From an uncultured Methanosarcinaceae archaeon (GTDB lineage: Archaea; Halobacteriota; Methanosarcinia; Methanosarcinales; Methanosarcinaceae): a stretch of 64,000 bases of DNA. Shown in pieces: positions 51,336 through 62,641 of this stretch. The notes under the pieces were generated by a model. That model was not told the origin of the DNA, searched no databases, and saw only the letters and a list, made by a program, of their open reading frames with translations. Where the stretch lies: positions 96,001 through 160,000 of the forward strand of contig CAVRJG010000015.1 in assembly GCA_963721455.1 (NCBI GenBank), read 5' to 3'. The position numbers were made by a program, and so were the translations under genes. The first letter of the stretch is position 1. Each line of letters starts with the position of its first letter.

Positions 51336-53708
51336 TTGAATAGGCAACTGAAAGTATTATTTATAGGAACTTATGTTCCTAAAGAATGTGGGATTGCTAC
51401 ATTTACTTCTGATCTTTTAAATTCAGTATCCGGGGGGTACAACGACGTTCATTGTGAGGTAATTGCTCTGAATGATCCTTTTGAAACTTACAATTATCCG
51501 GAAGAGGTCGTTTTTCAAATTCAGAGGGACAGAATCGAGGACTATTACAGGGCTGCCGATTATATAAACCAATCCGATGCTCATATCGTATGTCTCCAGC
51601 ACGAATTCGGCCTTTTTGGGGGAAATGCAGGAGATTACATTTTTGCTCTTCTTTCAGGAATAAACAAGCCTGTAATATCCACAATGCATACCGTAATCGG
51701 GGAGCCTGAACCGGATTACCGGGCATCCACAGAAAAACTCATAAGGTATTCCGAAAAGCTGGTTGTGATGAGCCAGACTGCAGTTGATATGCTAAAAAAT
51801 GTTTATAAGGCTCCTGAAGATAAAATAGAAATTATTTTCCATGGAGTTCCTGACTATCCGTTTAACAACTGCAGTAAGTATAAAAAAATGCTGAATCTGA
51901 AAGGGTCTCCACTTATCCTTACTTTCGGCCTGTTGAGCCAGAATAAAGGTATTGAAAGTGTGCTCGAGGCTCTTCTTGAAGTTGTAAACCAGTATCCTGA
52001 CATTGTTTACCTTGTACTGGGTGCCACACACCCTATGGTCAAAAAAAATCACGGAGAAGCATACAGGCAATATCTAATGGACAAGGTCTCCGAACTCGGG
52101 CTTGAGAATAATGTAGTATTCCATGACAAATTTGTCGAAAAAGAAGAGCTCTGCAATTATATCCTTGCCAGTGACATTTACGCATCTCCTTACCTTTCCA
52201 GAGAACAGATAGTAAGCGGCGCTCTGACCTATGCCATTGGCATGGGAAAGGCAATAGTTTCCACTCCTTACTGGTACGCCCAGGAAATGCTTTCCGACAA
52301 TCGCGGGTTGCTTGTAGATTTCGGAGACACGGACGGCTTCAAAAAATCCCTGCTATACTTAATTGAAAATCCAGAAGAGTGTGAGAATATGCGCAAAAAA
52401 GCATACGATTTTGGTAGAAAAATGACATGGAAAAACGTAGGTAAAGAATATGATGTTGTTTTCAGAAAGGCTTTAAAGAACTACAGCACTTACCCCAGAG
52501 CACAGAACAGATTTAATTTCCTTCCAAACCAGCTGCCTGAAGCAAAACTCGATTACCTTAAGCTACTGACCGATGATGTGGGCATTATCCAGCACACCAA
52601 TCTTGGTGTACCGGCTCGCCATCATGGGTACAGTACTGATGATGTGGGCAGGGCTCTCGTTGCACTGACAAAGCTGGTAGATAGTCAAAAGAAAGCTAAA
52701 GAGTTTGGGAAGTTAATTACCACATACATGAGCTTCCTTGAACATGCCCAGACTGATACGGGTCACTTTCATAACTTCATGAGTTATAGAAGGGAATTTT
52801 TAGATGAAAAAGGCAGTGAAGATACTCTCGGGCGTGCAATTTACGGGCTTGGACATGTGGTGAGTTGCCCTTACCTGTCAAAGAATATGCGTACCCTTGC
52901 AAATACCCTGATCAGTAAATCCAGGCCGGAAATGGAAAATCTGGGTTTTCCGAGGGCAAAAGCCTATGCGATGTGCGGTTTATATGAAATGCTCAGGGCA
53001 GGCATAGGTGCAGACGAATTTGAGTCTATGTTCAACTCGCGCAGGGACACTGTCGAGTCCGTAGACAGAGACACCTTTGAATCCATATTTATCAGCCACG
53101 CGAATTCTCTGGTCGACTTATATGAGGCCAACCATAAAGAAGACTGGAACTGGTTCGAATCTACAGTGACCTACAGCAATGCAAAAATGAGTGAATCCCT
53201 TCTACTGGCGTACAATTACACCAAAGACAGAACTTACAAAAAAGTTGGCCTTGCCACCCTGGACTTTCTTACTGAGATCCAGTGGAAAGGGGACTTTTTT
53301 GATATGGTTGGAAACCAGGGCTGGTACTCCTATAACGGAGAAAAACCCATTTTTGACCAGCAGCCTATAGAGGCAGGTTACCTGAGCCAGGCTTATGTTT
53401 CGGCTTATGAGATTGTGCGTGAGAGAAAATATCTCGAGCTTGCAAAATATTCCTTTGAGTACTTCCTTGGCAGAAACCGCTTGCGAGCTGTCATGTACGA
53501 TTACTCAACAGGTGCGGTCTGTGACGGGCTCAACCTTGATGGCATGAACTGTAACCAGGGTGCTGAACCCGTAATTTGCTTCCTTATGGCTTTAAGCTCC
53601 TTAAATAAACATACAAATGAAGCCTTCAGTGCGGTATTCCAGTCCAGGGTAAGTGACGGAGCCCTGCAGAAGAGAAAAAGCCTGTTACCAGCAGACCAGG
53701 CGGAGTGA
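51336..53708 (+). CDS. GT4 glycosyltransferase fused to a C-terminal helical, glycosidase-like domain
   Basis: YVPKECGIATFT, LQHEFG, FGLLSQNKGIE, SGALTYA; C-terminal TDDVGIIQH, YSTDD..RAL, FHNF, SED..GRA, FDQQPIE. Confidence 0.88.
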   Translation: MNRQLKVLFIGTYVPKECGIATFTSDLLNSVSGGYNDVHCEVIALNDPFETYNYPEEVVFQIQRDRIEDYYRAADYINQSDAHIVCLQHEFGLFGGNAGDYIFALLSGINKPVISTMHTVIGEPEPDYRASTEKLIRYSEKLVVMSQTAVDMLKNVYKAPEDKIEIIFHGVPDYPFNNCSKYKKMLNLKGSPLILTFGLLSQNKGIESVLEALLEVVNQYPDIVYLVLGATHPMVKKNHGEAYRQYLMDKVSELGLENNVVFHDKFVEKEELCNYILASDIYASPYLSREQIVSGALTYAIGMGKAIVSTPYWYAQEMLSDNRGLLVDFGDTDGFKKSLLYLIENPEECENMRKKAYDFGRKMTWKNVGKEYDVVFRKALKNYSTYPRAQNRFNFLPNQLPEAKLDYLKLLTDDVGIIQHTNLGVPARHHGYSTDDVGRALVALTKLVDSQKKAKEFGKLITTYMSFLEHAQTDTGHFHNFMSYRREFLDEKGSEDTLGRAIYGLGHVVSCPYLSKNMRTLANTLISKSRPEMENLGFPRAKAYAMCGLYEMLRAGIGADEFESMFNSRRDTVESVDRDTFESIFISHANSLVDLYEANHKEDWNWFESTVTYSNAKMSESLLLAYNYTKDRTYKKVGLATLDFLTEIQWKGDFFDMVGNQGWYSYNGEKPIFDQQPIEAGYLSQAYVSAYEIVRERKYLELAKYSFEYFLGRNRLRAVMYDYSTGAVCDGLNLDGMNCNQGAEPVICFLMALSSLNKHTNEAFSAVFQSRVSDGALQKRKSLLPADQAE

Positions 53709-54739
53709 AGAGGGATAACATGATGTGGAAAGACCATGGAGAGTTGTTCCAAAGGTGTGATAAAAATCCTATACTTACTGTTGAAGATTGGCCTTATAGA
53801 GCTCATTCAGTGTTTAACCCTGCAGCGACTATAATTAATGGCACAGTTCTATTAATGGTGCGTGTCGAAGACCATCGAGGCTTTTCTCACCTTACAGTAG
53901 CAAGGAGTAAGAATGGAATTGACAACTGGGAAATTGACACCGAACCAACTTTTGCTCCTGATCCTGTAAACTATCCTGAGGAGATATACGGCATTGAAGA
54001 CCCGCGCATAACTTACATAGATGAGCTTGGAAAATGGGCTGTAGCATACACGGCTTTTTCGGATTCAGGTCCCTTAACGGCTCTTGCCTTTACAGAGGAT
54101 TTCCGTAATTTTGACAGAGTAGGGCCTACCCTGCCGCCTGAAAATAAAGATGCTGCTATTTTTCCCGTAAGATTTAACGGGATGTGGGCAATGTTGCACA
54201 GGCCTGTACCCAGTGTGCCGGGTGTAAAGGCAAATATCTGGATATCCTTTTCTCCTGATATGAAATACTGGGGAGAACATGGGGTACTTCTGTATGCCCG
54301 GGAAGGCGGGTGGTGGGATGCCAACAAGATAGGTCTATCCCCACAGCCAATCCGTATATCTGATGGATGGTTAATTATGTACCATGGGGTACGCCAGACA
54401 ACATCTAAAGCAAGTTATCGGCTTGGGCTGGCTCTTCTTGATCTTGAAGACCCCAGAATAGTGCTCCACAGGTCAGAGGGATGGATTTTCGGGCCCCGTG
54501 AAATGTATGAACGCAGTGGAGATGTTAATGATGTTGTTTTTCCTTGCGGATGGATCTTAATTGACGATGAAATCCGCATTTACTACGGAAGTGCGGATGT
54601 GTCCGTATCAATGGCCAGTGCAAAAGTGCGCGATATACTTGAATATATCCATGGGTGCCCTGAGATACAATGCCCTGAAGAATACTGCAGGTGGTTTGAA
54701 GAAAACAGGGGAAGGTCCACTGATCCGAAAAAAGGATAA
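53705..54739 (+). CDS. GH130 beta-mannoside phosphorylase-like protein
   Basis: VFNPAA, EDPRIT, ENKDAA, LHRP, KIG, YHGV, YRLG, VVFPCG, YYGSAD; overlaps the upstream stop. Confidence 0.88.
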   Translation: MKRDNMMWKDHGELFQRCDKNPILTVEDWPYRAHSVFNPAATIINGTVLLMVRVEDHRGFSHLTVARSKNGIDNWEIDTEPTFAPDPVNYPEEIYGIEDPRITYIDELGKWAVAYTAFSDSGPLTALAFTEDFRNFDRVGPTLPPENKDAAIFPVRFNGMWAMLHRPVPSVPGVKANIWISFSPDMKYWGEHGVLLYAREGGWWDANKIGLSPQPIRISDGWLIMYHGVRQTTSKASYRLGLALLDLEDPRIVLHRSEGWIFGPREMYERSGDVNDVVFPCGWILIDDEIRIYYGSADVSVSMASAKVRDILEYIHGCPEIQCPEEYCRWFEENRGRSTDPKKG

Positions 54740-54781
54740 TTTAAAATTAAAAAATAAATAATAAACAATAAATTTTAGGGT

Positions 54782-56158
54782 GTGAGTAGTTTTGGGGGTA
54801 TTATTATAAGAATTGCAATGTTATCTCCGATTGCCTGGAGCACGCCACCAAAAAAGTATGGCCCATGGGAATCGATAGTATCTTTATTAACCGAAGGGCT
54901 GGTAAAAAGGGGTATTGACGTTACGCTGTTTGCGACAGCAGATTCGCATACGGCAGCCAAACTTCATGCAGTATGCCCGAGACCTTACGAAGAAGACAAG
55001 AGTATATTGGTAAAGGCATATGAATGCCTGCACATATCAGAGGTTTTTGAGAGAGCAAATGAGTTCGATATAATACATAACCATTTCGACTATCTTCCTC
55101 TTACCTACAGTGCGCTTGTCGATACGCCTGTTGTAACAACAATACACGGCATCTCTTCGAGAAAAACCCTGAATGTTTATAAAAAATACAACAATAGCAC
55201 TTTTTATGTATCTATAAGTGATGCCTACAGGTGCCAGGGACTTGATTATATTGCAACGGTTATGCATGGGGTCGACATAGAAGGTCTTCATTTCAATGAT
55301 AAGCCGCAGGACTATCTCCTCTTTTTATCACGCCTGCACAAGGACAAGGGCGCAAAAGAAGCAATAGAAGTTGCAAAAAAGACAGGACGGAAACTTAGAA
55401 TGGCCGGTTTTATCGCGGATCAGGCTTATTTCGAAAAAGAAGTGCAGCCCCATATAGACAATGAGCAGATTATTTATGAGGGGCATGTTGATCCTGAGCG
55501 GAAGAAGGAACTCCTGTCAAATGCTTACGCTTTGCTGCACATGATCAATTATGATGAGGCTTTCGGACTTGGTGTGGTTGAAGCTATGGCCAGCGGTACA
55601 CCGGTAATTGCAATGAACAGGGGTTCGATGCCTGAGCTGATAAGAGATGGAGAGACTGGATTTCTGGTCAATAGCGTTGAAGAAGCCGCAGAAGCTGTGA
55701 AAAAGGTTGGCTCAGTATCCCGCAAGAAATGCAGGGAAAATGTTGAAAAACGCTTCTCTGTTGACAGGATGGTAGATGATTACATCAAGGTGTACGAAAC
55801 AATTCTGGAGAAATGCAAACGTGAGTCTGAAAGGCCCTGGGGTTATTATGAGGTGCTTACTCAGAAGCCCCGGTACAAAGTCAAAAGCCTTACGGTTCTG
55901 CCTCAGGGTGAAATCTCACTTCAGCGCCACGCTCACAGAAACGAGCACTGGTACATAGTCAGTGGAAAGGGAATTGTAACTAAAAACGGGAGTGAAATCA
56001 GGGTTCTAGCCGGGGATTCTGTCGACCTTCCGGTAAACACGGTGCATCGCGTTAGAAATATAGACAACGAAAACCTCGTTTTCATTGAAATTGCCCAGGG
56101 AGACTATCTGGGAGAAGACGACATTGTAAGACTTGAAGACAAATACGGGAGAGCATGA
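54782..56158 (+). CDS. GT4 glycosyltransferase fused to a type II mannose-6-phosphate isomerase cupin (start may be ATA 54806)
   Basis: RIAMLSP..PPKKYGPWE, EAFGLGVVEAMASGTPV; C-terminal RPWG, SLQRHAHRNEHW, GDYLGEDDIVRLEDKYGR. Confidence 0.88.
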   Translation: MSSFGGIIIRIAMLSPIAWSTPPKKYGPWESIVSLLTEGLVKRGIDVTLFATADSHTAAKLHAVCPRPYEEDKSILVKAYECLHISEVFERANEFDIIHNHFDYLPLTYSALVDTPVVTTIHGISSRKTLNVYKKYNNSTFYVSISDAYRCQGLDYIATVMHGVDIEGLHFNDKPQDYLLFLSRLHKDKGAKEAIEVAKKTGRKLRMAGFIADQAYFEKEVQPHIDNEQIIYEGHVDPERKKELLSNAYALLHMINYDEAFGLGVVEAMASGTPVIAMNRGSMPELIRDGETGFLVNSVEEAAEAVKKVGSVSRKKCRENVEKRFSVDRMVDDYIKVYETILEKCKRESERPWGYYEVLTQKPRYKVKSLTVLPQGEISLQRHAHRNEHWYIVSGKGIVTKNGSEIRVLAGDSVDLPVNTVHRVRNIDNENLVFIEIAQGDYLGEDDIVRLEDKYGRA

Positions 56159-56296
56159 ACCGATTTTTACGGATTAGAAACCTGTACAGATGATAATACA
56201 GCTTATTACAGATGATAGTACAGAGCTTATAATACAGTTTAGCCTTGCTTCATTATAATCCCTGTACAGTTTCCATTTTACGCTCTTTAAGTCATC

Positions 56297-56641
56297 TTAA
56301 GCAGGGCATTCGGAGTTTTCATAAGATCTCCTGACCTGGGCTGCGATTTCTTCGCCAAGCCTTTCAGAGACATTCTCCACGAAGACGGTTATGTAACCAG
56401 AGGGTACGCAGCCCAGGCTTTCTTCTCCTGATAAAATAAGCCTGATAAGGTATTCGAGTTCATATCGGGATAATAAATTGATTCTTCTCAGGAAGTCGGC
56501 TGCATCTTTTGAATAATGATTTGCAAGGGGGGGAAGTATGGAACGGTAGGGCACTCCTGAGCCTGAGCAGAGGAGATCTTCACACTCCGGAGCAACTGTT
56601 TTCAGAATGCCGATATCTGTTTCTGAGAGTATTCTTGCCAT
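56297..56641 (-). CDS. Hypothetical protein
   Basis: 114-aa ORF with AGGTGA RBS; CSGSG..YRSILPPLANHY. Confidence 0.7.
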   Translation of the reverse strand: MARILSETDIGILKTVAPECEDLLCSGSGVPYRSILPPLANHYSKDAADFLRRINLLSRYELEYLIRLILSGEESLGCVPSGYITVFVENVSERLGEEIAAQVRRSYENSECPA

Positions 56642-56900
56642 GGTGTCACCTGATGATAAAATATACTGGTATTTCAGAGCTTTACCTGAATAAAAGATGA
56701 TTCTGCTTTTCTGCTATTTAACAATAAGGCTCATACTTTTTAACCTGTAATAAGGCTGCATATCGTTCACCGCACAGCAGTCAGGTTAAGAAGTATGGGA
56801 AGTAAACGTGATAAATTTAAAGTCTGAGGAGCAAAGTCTGAGGGGTGCCGAAGAATTTGAAACCATTCTTCGGATTGTCTCTCATTTCAACAGTACAAAC

Positions 56901-56975
56901 TTACTTTATAGCTGGAATTTTACTTTACAGCCGGAATTTTACTTTACAGCCGGAATTTTACTTACAGCCGGAATT
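56901..56975. repeat. 19-bp tandem repeat, four copies
   Basis: TTACTTTACAGCCGGAATT units with no spacers. Confidence 0.85.
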
Positions 56976-56978
56976 CCA

Positions 56979-57734
56979 TTATAGTTCAAGTTTCATCAGG
57001 TCTTCAGCAAGAATCACTTCTCCTTCAAAATACCCTTTCAGGCGATATACTGCTTCCTTTTCATGCCCCTGCATATCCGGATAGAAATGCGTAAGGCAGA
57101 TGCTTCCGATTTCGTTGTTATATTCTTCCAGCATGTCTGCAAGTGTGCTGGGGGTGGTGTGGTTTGTGACTTTCGTGCCGGGGGGGAATGAGCATTCGTG
57201 AATCAGGAGATCGGCTTCGGCCGCAAGGTCCATTATGTCCCGAGAGGGCTCGGTGTCTCCTGAGTAAACAAACTCTCCATCTTCTGCAGTTACGCGGTAA
57301 GCCAGAGTCGGAACACTGTGTACCGCGGCTGTGCATCTGATCTCACAGTCGAAACCCTCAGGGGTAAAGTCTTTTCCAGGGAGGACTTCAATAACATCCA
57401 CATCCACTTCTTCCAGAATATATTCATAAGCGCCAAGTACCCTTGAAAGCCAGTCTTCTGTCCCCTCTGGCCCGTAGACCCTCATATTGGTCTTCCCGCG
57501 GAGCCAGTTTGCCTTCAGGAGGGGGAGCAGGTCAGCCACATGGTCAAGGTGAAGGTGTGAGAGCAATACGGTGTCTACTTCGGTATGGGAAACGTCTGCT
57601 TCAGGAAATCTGTTCAGTACTCCGCTTCCGCAATCAATAAGTAGTGGCTTCTCCTCAAGCCTCACAAGCACTCCGGACTGTACCCGACCCTTCTGCGGGA
57701 TCGCAACTCCAGTGCCAAGAAATGTAATTTCCAT
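56979..57734 (-). CDS. MBL-fold metallohydrolase, RNase Z/ElaC-like
   Basis: FLGTG, LIDCG, SHLHLDH, YSGDT, LIHEC, LTHFYP. Confidence 0.88.
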   Translation of the reverse strand: MEITFLGTGVAIPQKGRVQSGVLVRLEEKPLLIDCGSGVLNRFPEADVSHTEVDTVLLSHLHLDHVADLLPLLKANWLRGKTNMRVYGPEGTEDWLSRVLGAYEYILEEVDVDVIEVLPGKDFTPEGFDCEIRCTAAVHSVPTLAYRVTAEDGEFVYSGDTEPSRDIMDLAAEADLLIHECSFPPGTKVTNHTTPSTLADMLEEYNNEIGSICLTHFYPDMQGHEKEAVYRLKGYFEGEVILAEDLMKLEL

Positions 57735-57831
57735 GAGGTAGAGAATAAACTTTAAATAATTTAACTTTATTTAAAGCATGTCCGCATAACAAATTTTTGC
57801 GGCTCAAAAACAACCTGCATTTTTTTCAAGC

Positions 57832-57919
57832 GCGAGGGTTGCCCAGCCCGGTCAAAGGCGCCGGACTTAAGATCCGGTATCGAAGGATTTCGTGGGTTCG
57901 AATCCCACCCCTCGCACCA
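57832..57919 (+). tRNA. tRNA-Leu(TAA), CCA encoded
   Basis: Acceptor GCGAGGG/CCCTCGC, anticodon arm CCGGA-CT-TAA-GA-TCCGG, long variable arm, T-arm GTGGG-TTCGAAT-CCCAC. Confidence 0.96.
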
Positions 57920-57940
57920 AACTTTTTTATCCATTTTTTG

Positions 57941-60900
57941 TTATTTTAAGCCGACTTGAGTCAGATTATCTGTTTCTGTCACTGCGAACCTTATAGTGAA
58001 TTCCGTCCCATTGTTCCTTTTCAGTTCAAACCCTCCATCTAACTGGTCTACAAGGGAAGTTACCAGTTGAAGCCCCAGACTATCAAGATCTTCAATATCA
58101 AGATTTTCAGGTATGCCTATACCATTGTCTGAAACGATCAGAGTGAAACTGGTACTCTTATTGTCTTCCTTTTTGCATTCTCCTTCTTCTCTACGGAGTT
58201 TGATTCGGATTTCTCCATTGTCTCTGCCGGTAAATGCATGCTTAAAGGAATTAGAAACAAGCTCATTGACAATTATTCCTAATGGGACTGCAGTATCCAT
58301 ATCAAAGAAAGGGTTATCTCCCAGATCCATGCTTAAGGTGATCTCGGTATCTCCCAGGCTGTATGTTTCGAAAAGATTCTCAGCAAGTTCCTGAATGTAC
58401 GGAGAAAAGTTTAGTGTTTCGAAACCTCCGCCTCTATGCAGTTCTTCATGTATCAAAGCCATAGATATTACTCTATTCTGGCTTTCTCTAAAGGCTTCCA
58501 GAACTTCGAAATCTTTAATATTCTCTCGGTTTCTGAACTGTTCAGCCTGAAGATCAAGCAGGGAGGAAATTACCTGAAGATTATTCTTTATCCTGTGATG
58601 AATTTCTTGTTTACGAGCAGTCTCAATATTTGCCAGAGCTTCTTCAGCTTTTTTGCGTTCGGTAATGTCAATGTACATCACAAGGATCATAGGAGAACCG
58701 TCAATATCGGTAAACGGAAAGTCGAAGACATCAATAGTACTTCCTTCAGGTGTGGTAACTTCCCAATGGTGAGGCTGACCTGTTTCAAGCACTTTATAAG
58801 ATTCGCAGAATTCACAAGGCTTAGTGAGCCCATAGCGATATTCATAACAGTGCCTACCATTCGACTCTCCGAACTTTTCGCGGAAGCTTCGGTTGGCAAA
58901 GGCAACATGGTAATCTGGTGTTAATAAACATATCATTGCTGGAAGCGTTTCCAGCACATCAAAAAGTCGCTTCCGTTCAAACTCGATAGCTTCAGCAACC
59001 TTAATACGCGCTTCGCTATCTTTAAGCGCTTCCTCAGTCCGTTTTCGCTCGGTTATGTCAATTTGCACGCCGTCCCATATAGTCCGCCCATCAGATAGTC
59101 GACGCGGCCGAGAGTGCAACTGCATCCAGCGTATCTGACCGTCGGGCAGCTGCATAGGTGTTTCCATATCGAAGTCTGACAATTCGCGGGCGCTTTTTGC
59201 CTCAGCTTCTAAGAGCCGTTCAAAATATTCCGGCGGGATTTGCCGGTGCAGTGTACCCGGATCGCGCAATACATCGGATATACTGACACCGTTGAGTCGC
59301 TCGATGCCTGCACTGAAATACAGGAAACGGACACTGCCATCATGCTCATGAGTATATTGATAGACTGCACTATCCGGCAGGTTGTCACTCAGGAGACGCA
59401 ACCTTTCCTTGCTCTCGCGTAAAGCTTCCTCCGATCGCTTGCGCTCTGTAATGTCTTGGACTATCCCTGCCATCCCACGAACACTTCCGGTAGAATCTAC
59501 TTGGTGCCGCCCCGCTGCCCAAATCCACCGGATTACACAGTCCACTCGCCGGATACGACACTCGAAACTCCAATCGCCACCCGAGGTTATGGCCTTCTGG
59601 AATTTTTCGTCCACCATCGCTCGGTCCTCAGGCAACACGTGGTTGAGGAACATTTCGTAGGTCCACTTAGGGAGAAGTTGCTCGTAGCCGAAGATGCGGT
59701 CGTGCTCGAGTGATCGCTGGTAAGAATTATGATTCACTAGGTCGAGATCCCACGCGCCGGTGTGTATGGTTTCGAGTGCGAAGTTCAATCGCTTTTCACT
59801 CTGGTGCAGTGCCTCTTCAGCCAGTTTTCGCGGGGTAATGTCATTGAAAACAACAGCTATTTTTCTGCTGCCTTCATCCCCGAAACGCGAAGCATAGACG
59901 TCAAACCAGCGATCAAGTTCTTCAATCCGGTTTTCTAACCTGACTGGCTCGCCAGTTATTGCTACCTGGCCGAAGCTCTCGATCCAATAATCTTCGAAAT
60001 TAGGGAGAAGCTCACGAGCTCGCTTGCCTACGACATTCTTAAATCCTGTCATCTTCTCTTGCGACGGATTGGCCTCAAGGATCCGATGGTCCACTGCTTT
60101 TCCACTGTCGTCGAAAATCATCTCGATAATATTGAAGCCTTCGTCGATTGAATTGAACACCGAACGATATTTCTCTTCAGAAATCCGCAAGGATTCTTCG
60201 GCTCTGTTTGCGCTCTGTAATATCTTTTGCAATCTCAAACCGCACATCTCGGCCATCCGGCCACTTTATGATCCGGTCCATGATCATGAAATACCGATCC
60301 ACTGTGGGGTTATAATATTCCCAATGGTAGGGCTTGTCCCTCTCCTTTAAAATAACTTGATTGGTGCAGAAATCGCAGGGAGAATCCCTCCCTTGGAATT
60401 CCCGGTAGCAAATCCCTCCCACGAGTTCGCCACCGAACTTCTCCTTCATTGCCTTATTTGCGTAAAGTACCTCGTAGGTGTATGGATCAGTCACATACAC
60501 CACATCGTCGATGCCATCGAAAATGGATAGGAGCTGAGATCGCTCGAAAGACAACATCTCTTCTGCATGCTTGCGCTCGGTGATATCATCGAACAGTGTG
60601 TATACCTGGAAGGGTTTGTCTTCTCCAGCCCGGAAGATGGGTACCGCATTGATGTTGATCCATCGGTAGCGTTTCTCCCTCGGGTTGTAAACTCCCATCA
60701 CCACATTCTGTACTTTCCTCCCAGTCCGAAGAGATACCATAGCTGGATGCTCTAAGCCAGGGAATGGCGAGCCGTTCTCCCGGATAGTAAGGTGTTCTTC
60801 TCCCATAGAAGAGCTGCCCAAAAACTCAGCTGGAGTCTTACCAAGGATCTTCTCAGCTGCCGGATTCATTGAGATAATCTTACCATTGGCATCTTGGTAG

Positions 60901-62226
60901 ACTACTCCTTGAAGCATGGTCTCATATAAAAGTCGATAATGCTGTTCAGACTGGAGAAGAGCTTCTTCTGCTCTCTTGCGCTCGGTGATGTCCTGAGTTA
61001 TGCCGAAACCGCCGAATAGCATGCCGTCGTTGTTAAATTCAATATATGCCTTTTCACGTACCCACTTGACCTTACTATCCACAATTATGCGATGCTCAAT
61101 GTCATATGGTTCTCCAGCCAATCCAGCCTTCCACTTCTTATCAACATATTTCCTGTCATCCATGTGGACAGTCGAAAGGAAGGTCTCATAGGTTAAAGGG
61201 GTACCTTTTGGAACACCAAAGATACGGTGAGCTTCATCGGACCACGTTAATTCATCTTTGCGCACATTCAAACGCCAGCTTCCGAGATTTCCCACGGCTT
61301 GGGCGCGGTCAAGATCCTCCCGATTCTTCTGTAGCGCTTCCACTAGGGAATCGCGCTCCGCCAGCGATTGGGCCAGCTTGATATTGTTGTAGCTTAGCTG
61401 CGAGACCATGTTGGCAAACGTCATAAGGAAGGACATGCCTGTATCCACAGCCTTCCTGCTCAACCGCGGAACTTTTTCAAGCGCTGCTATGTATTCCTCT
61501 TCATTGAAGCCGTACTTTCTGGCTTGAGATCGGAAAAGCTCATAGTCAAGAGGCTCGTCCTCAAAAAAGAACTGCCCTGAGAAGACATAGCCGACATGCT
61601 GGTTGCCCACGATAATGGGAGTCGCCATGTCCCACATATTGTTCTTGCACTTGTATAGCTTAAACTTTCCAGGAAGAACACCCGCGGATAGCTTTATGTC
61701 ACTTTCTATGCAGTGCTTGCAGGCTTCGGGATGAACCCTATGGAATTTGGTGCAGATATCCTGCCATCCAACACCTACCAGAACATTGCCTTTGAGATCG
61801 TTTATGCCTATGGGAATGTGAACAAGCTTATAGAAATCATCCAAGAGAGACTGGATCGCCTGGGTATCAATGATCTCAGCAAGCTCCAGTTTACTCATAT
61901 CCCGAACTTCACTTCCCGGAAGTTTTTCTTCAAGCTCTTTCTGGTCGCTTATATCGAATCCAGAAATATTTACGCATTCTTGCTCGGGTAAGGGGTGAAA
62001 CACAACCAAGTATACTCTTTTTCCCACTTTAACTTCCATTTTTTCTGGATTATTCTGGGTAATTACCTTTTGCACAATGTCTATCATACTCAAAGGCAGT
62101 TTTTCTCCTGACTTTCACACCCCATTCCTGTAATAAGGACTCACCTGCCTCATTTGAGTAAAGAACTGTCCCATCCTTTTCCACGCTGATTACAGGATTC
62201 GGGTTCTGTTCAAGAAATTGCTCCAT
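57941..62226 (-). pseudogene. Large sensor histidine kinase (PAS, PocR, multiple PAS/PAC, HisKA_2, HATPase) with two +1 frameshifts (~62110, ~60205)
   Basis: MEQFLEQNPNPV start at 62226; PocR GWQDICTKFHR..C..SD; many DITERK motifs; EIHHRIKNNLQ, NELVSNSFKHAF, DNGIG, SLGL. Confidence 0.88.
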
Positions 62227-62641
62227 TCATTTTCTCCCATTCAGGCTCTTTTTCTTTGATTGCATTTTTTGACGGCAATGTTTCTATTTTATAAGCAGTA
62301 TAATAGACTAATATTCCAATTGTTACAATAATATTTATTTTTGTTTTTATTATATACATTTTAGTATAAAAACGTAAGAAAAATCTGAATACCCAGACAG
62401 GGGTAAATAATCGCTGAGTATGCACCGACAAAAATGATTTAACTGGACAAATGAGCATGTTTACATTGTATGACTTTATCCCAAAACCAATTTTGATTCC
62501 CAAATTCATAAGAGTTTTAAGAATTGTTTCCACGACCCCAAAGCTTGATTTATTATTCCAAATTTGAGTTTTAGAAAAGCAATTTTGAATTTTGTGATCA
62601 GCTCAGTTAAAACTGTTTTAATCCATTCTCAATATATAGAT

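Noticed and set aside
56901-56975. CRISPR array (the repeats at 31145-31227 were also considered)
   Set aside because: Head-to-tail tandem repeats with no unique spacers and no cas genes.
62210-62533. 107-aa ORF between the kinase and IS1
   Set aside because: AT-rich probable promoter region of the kinase with no protein features.
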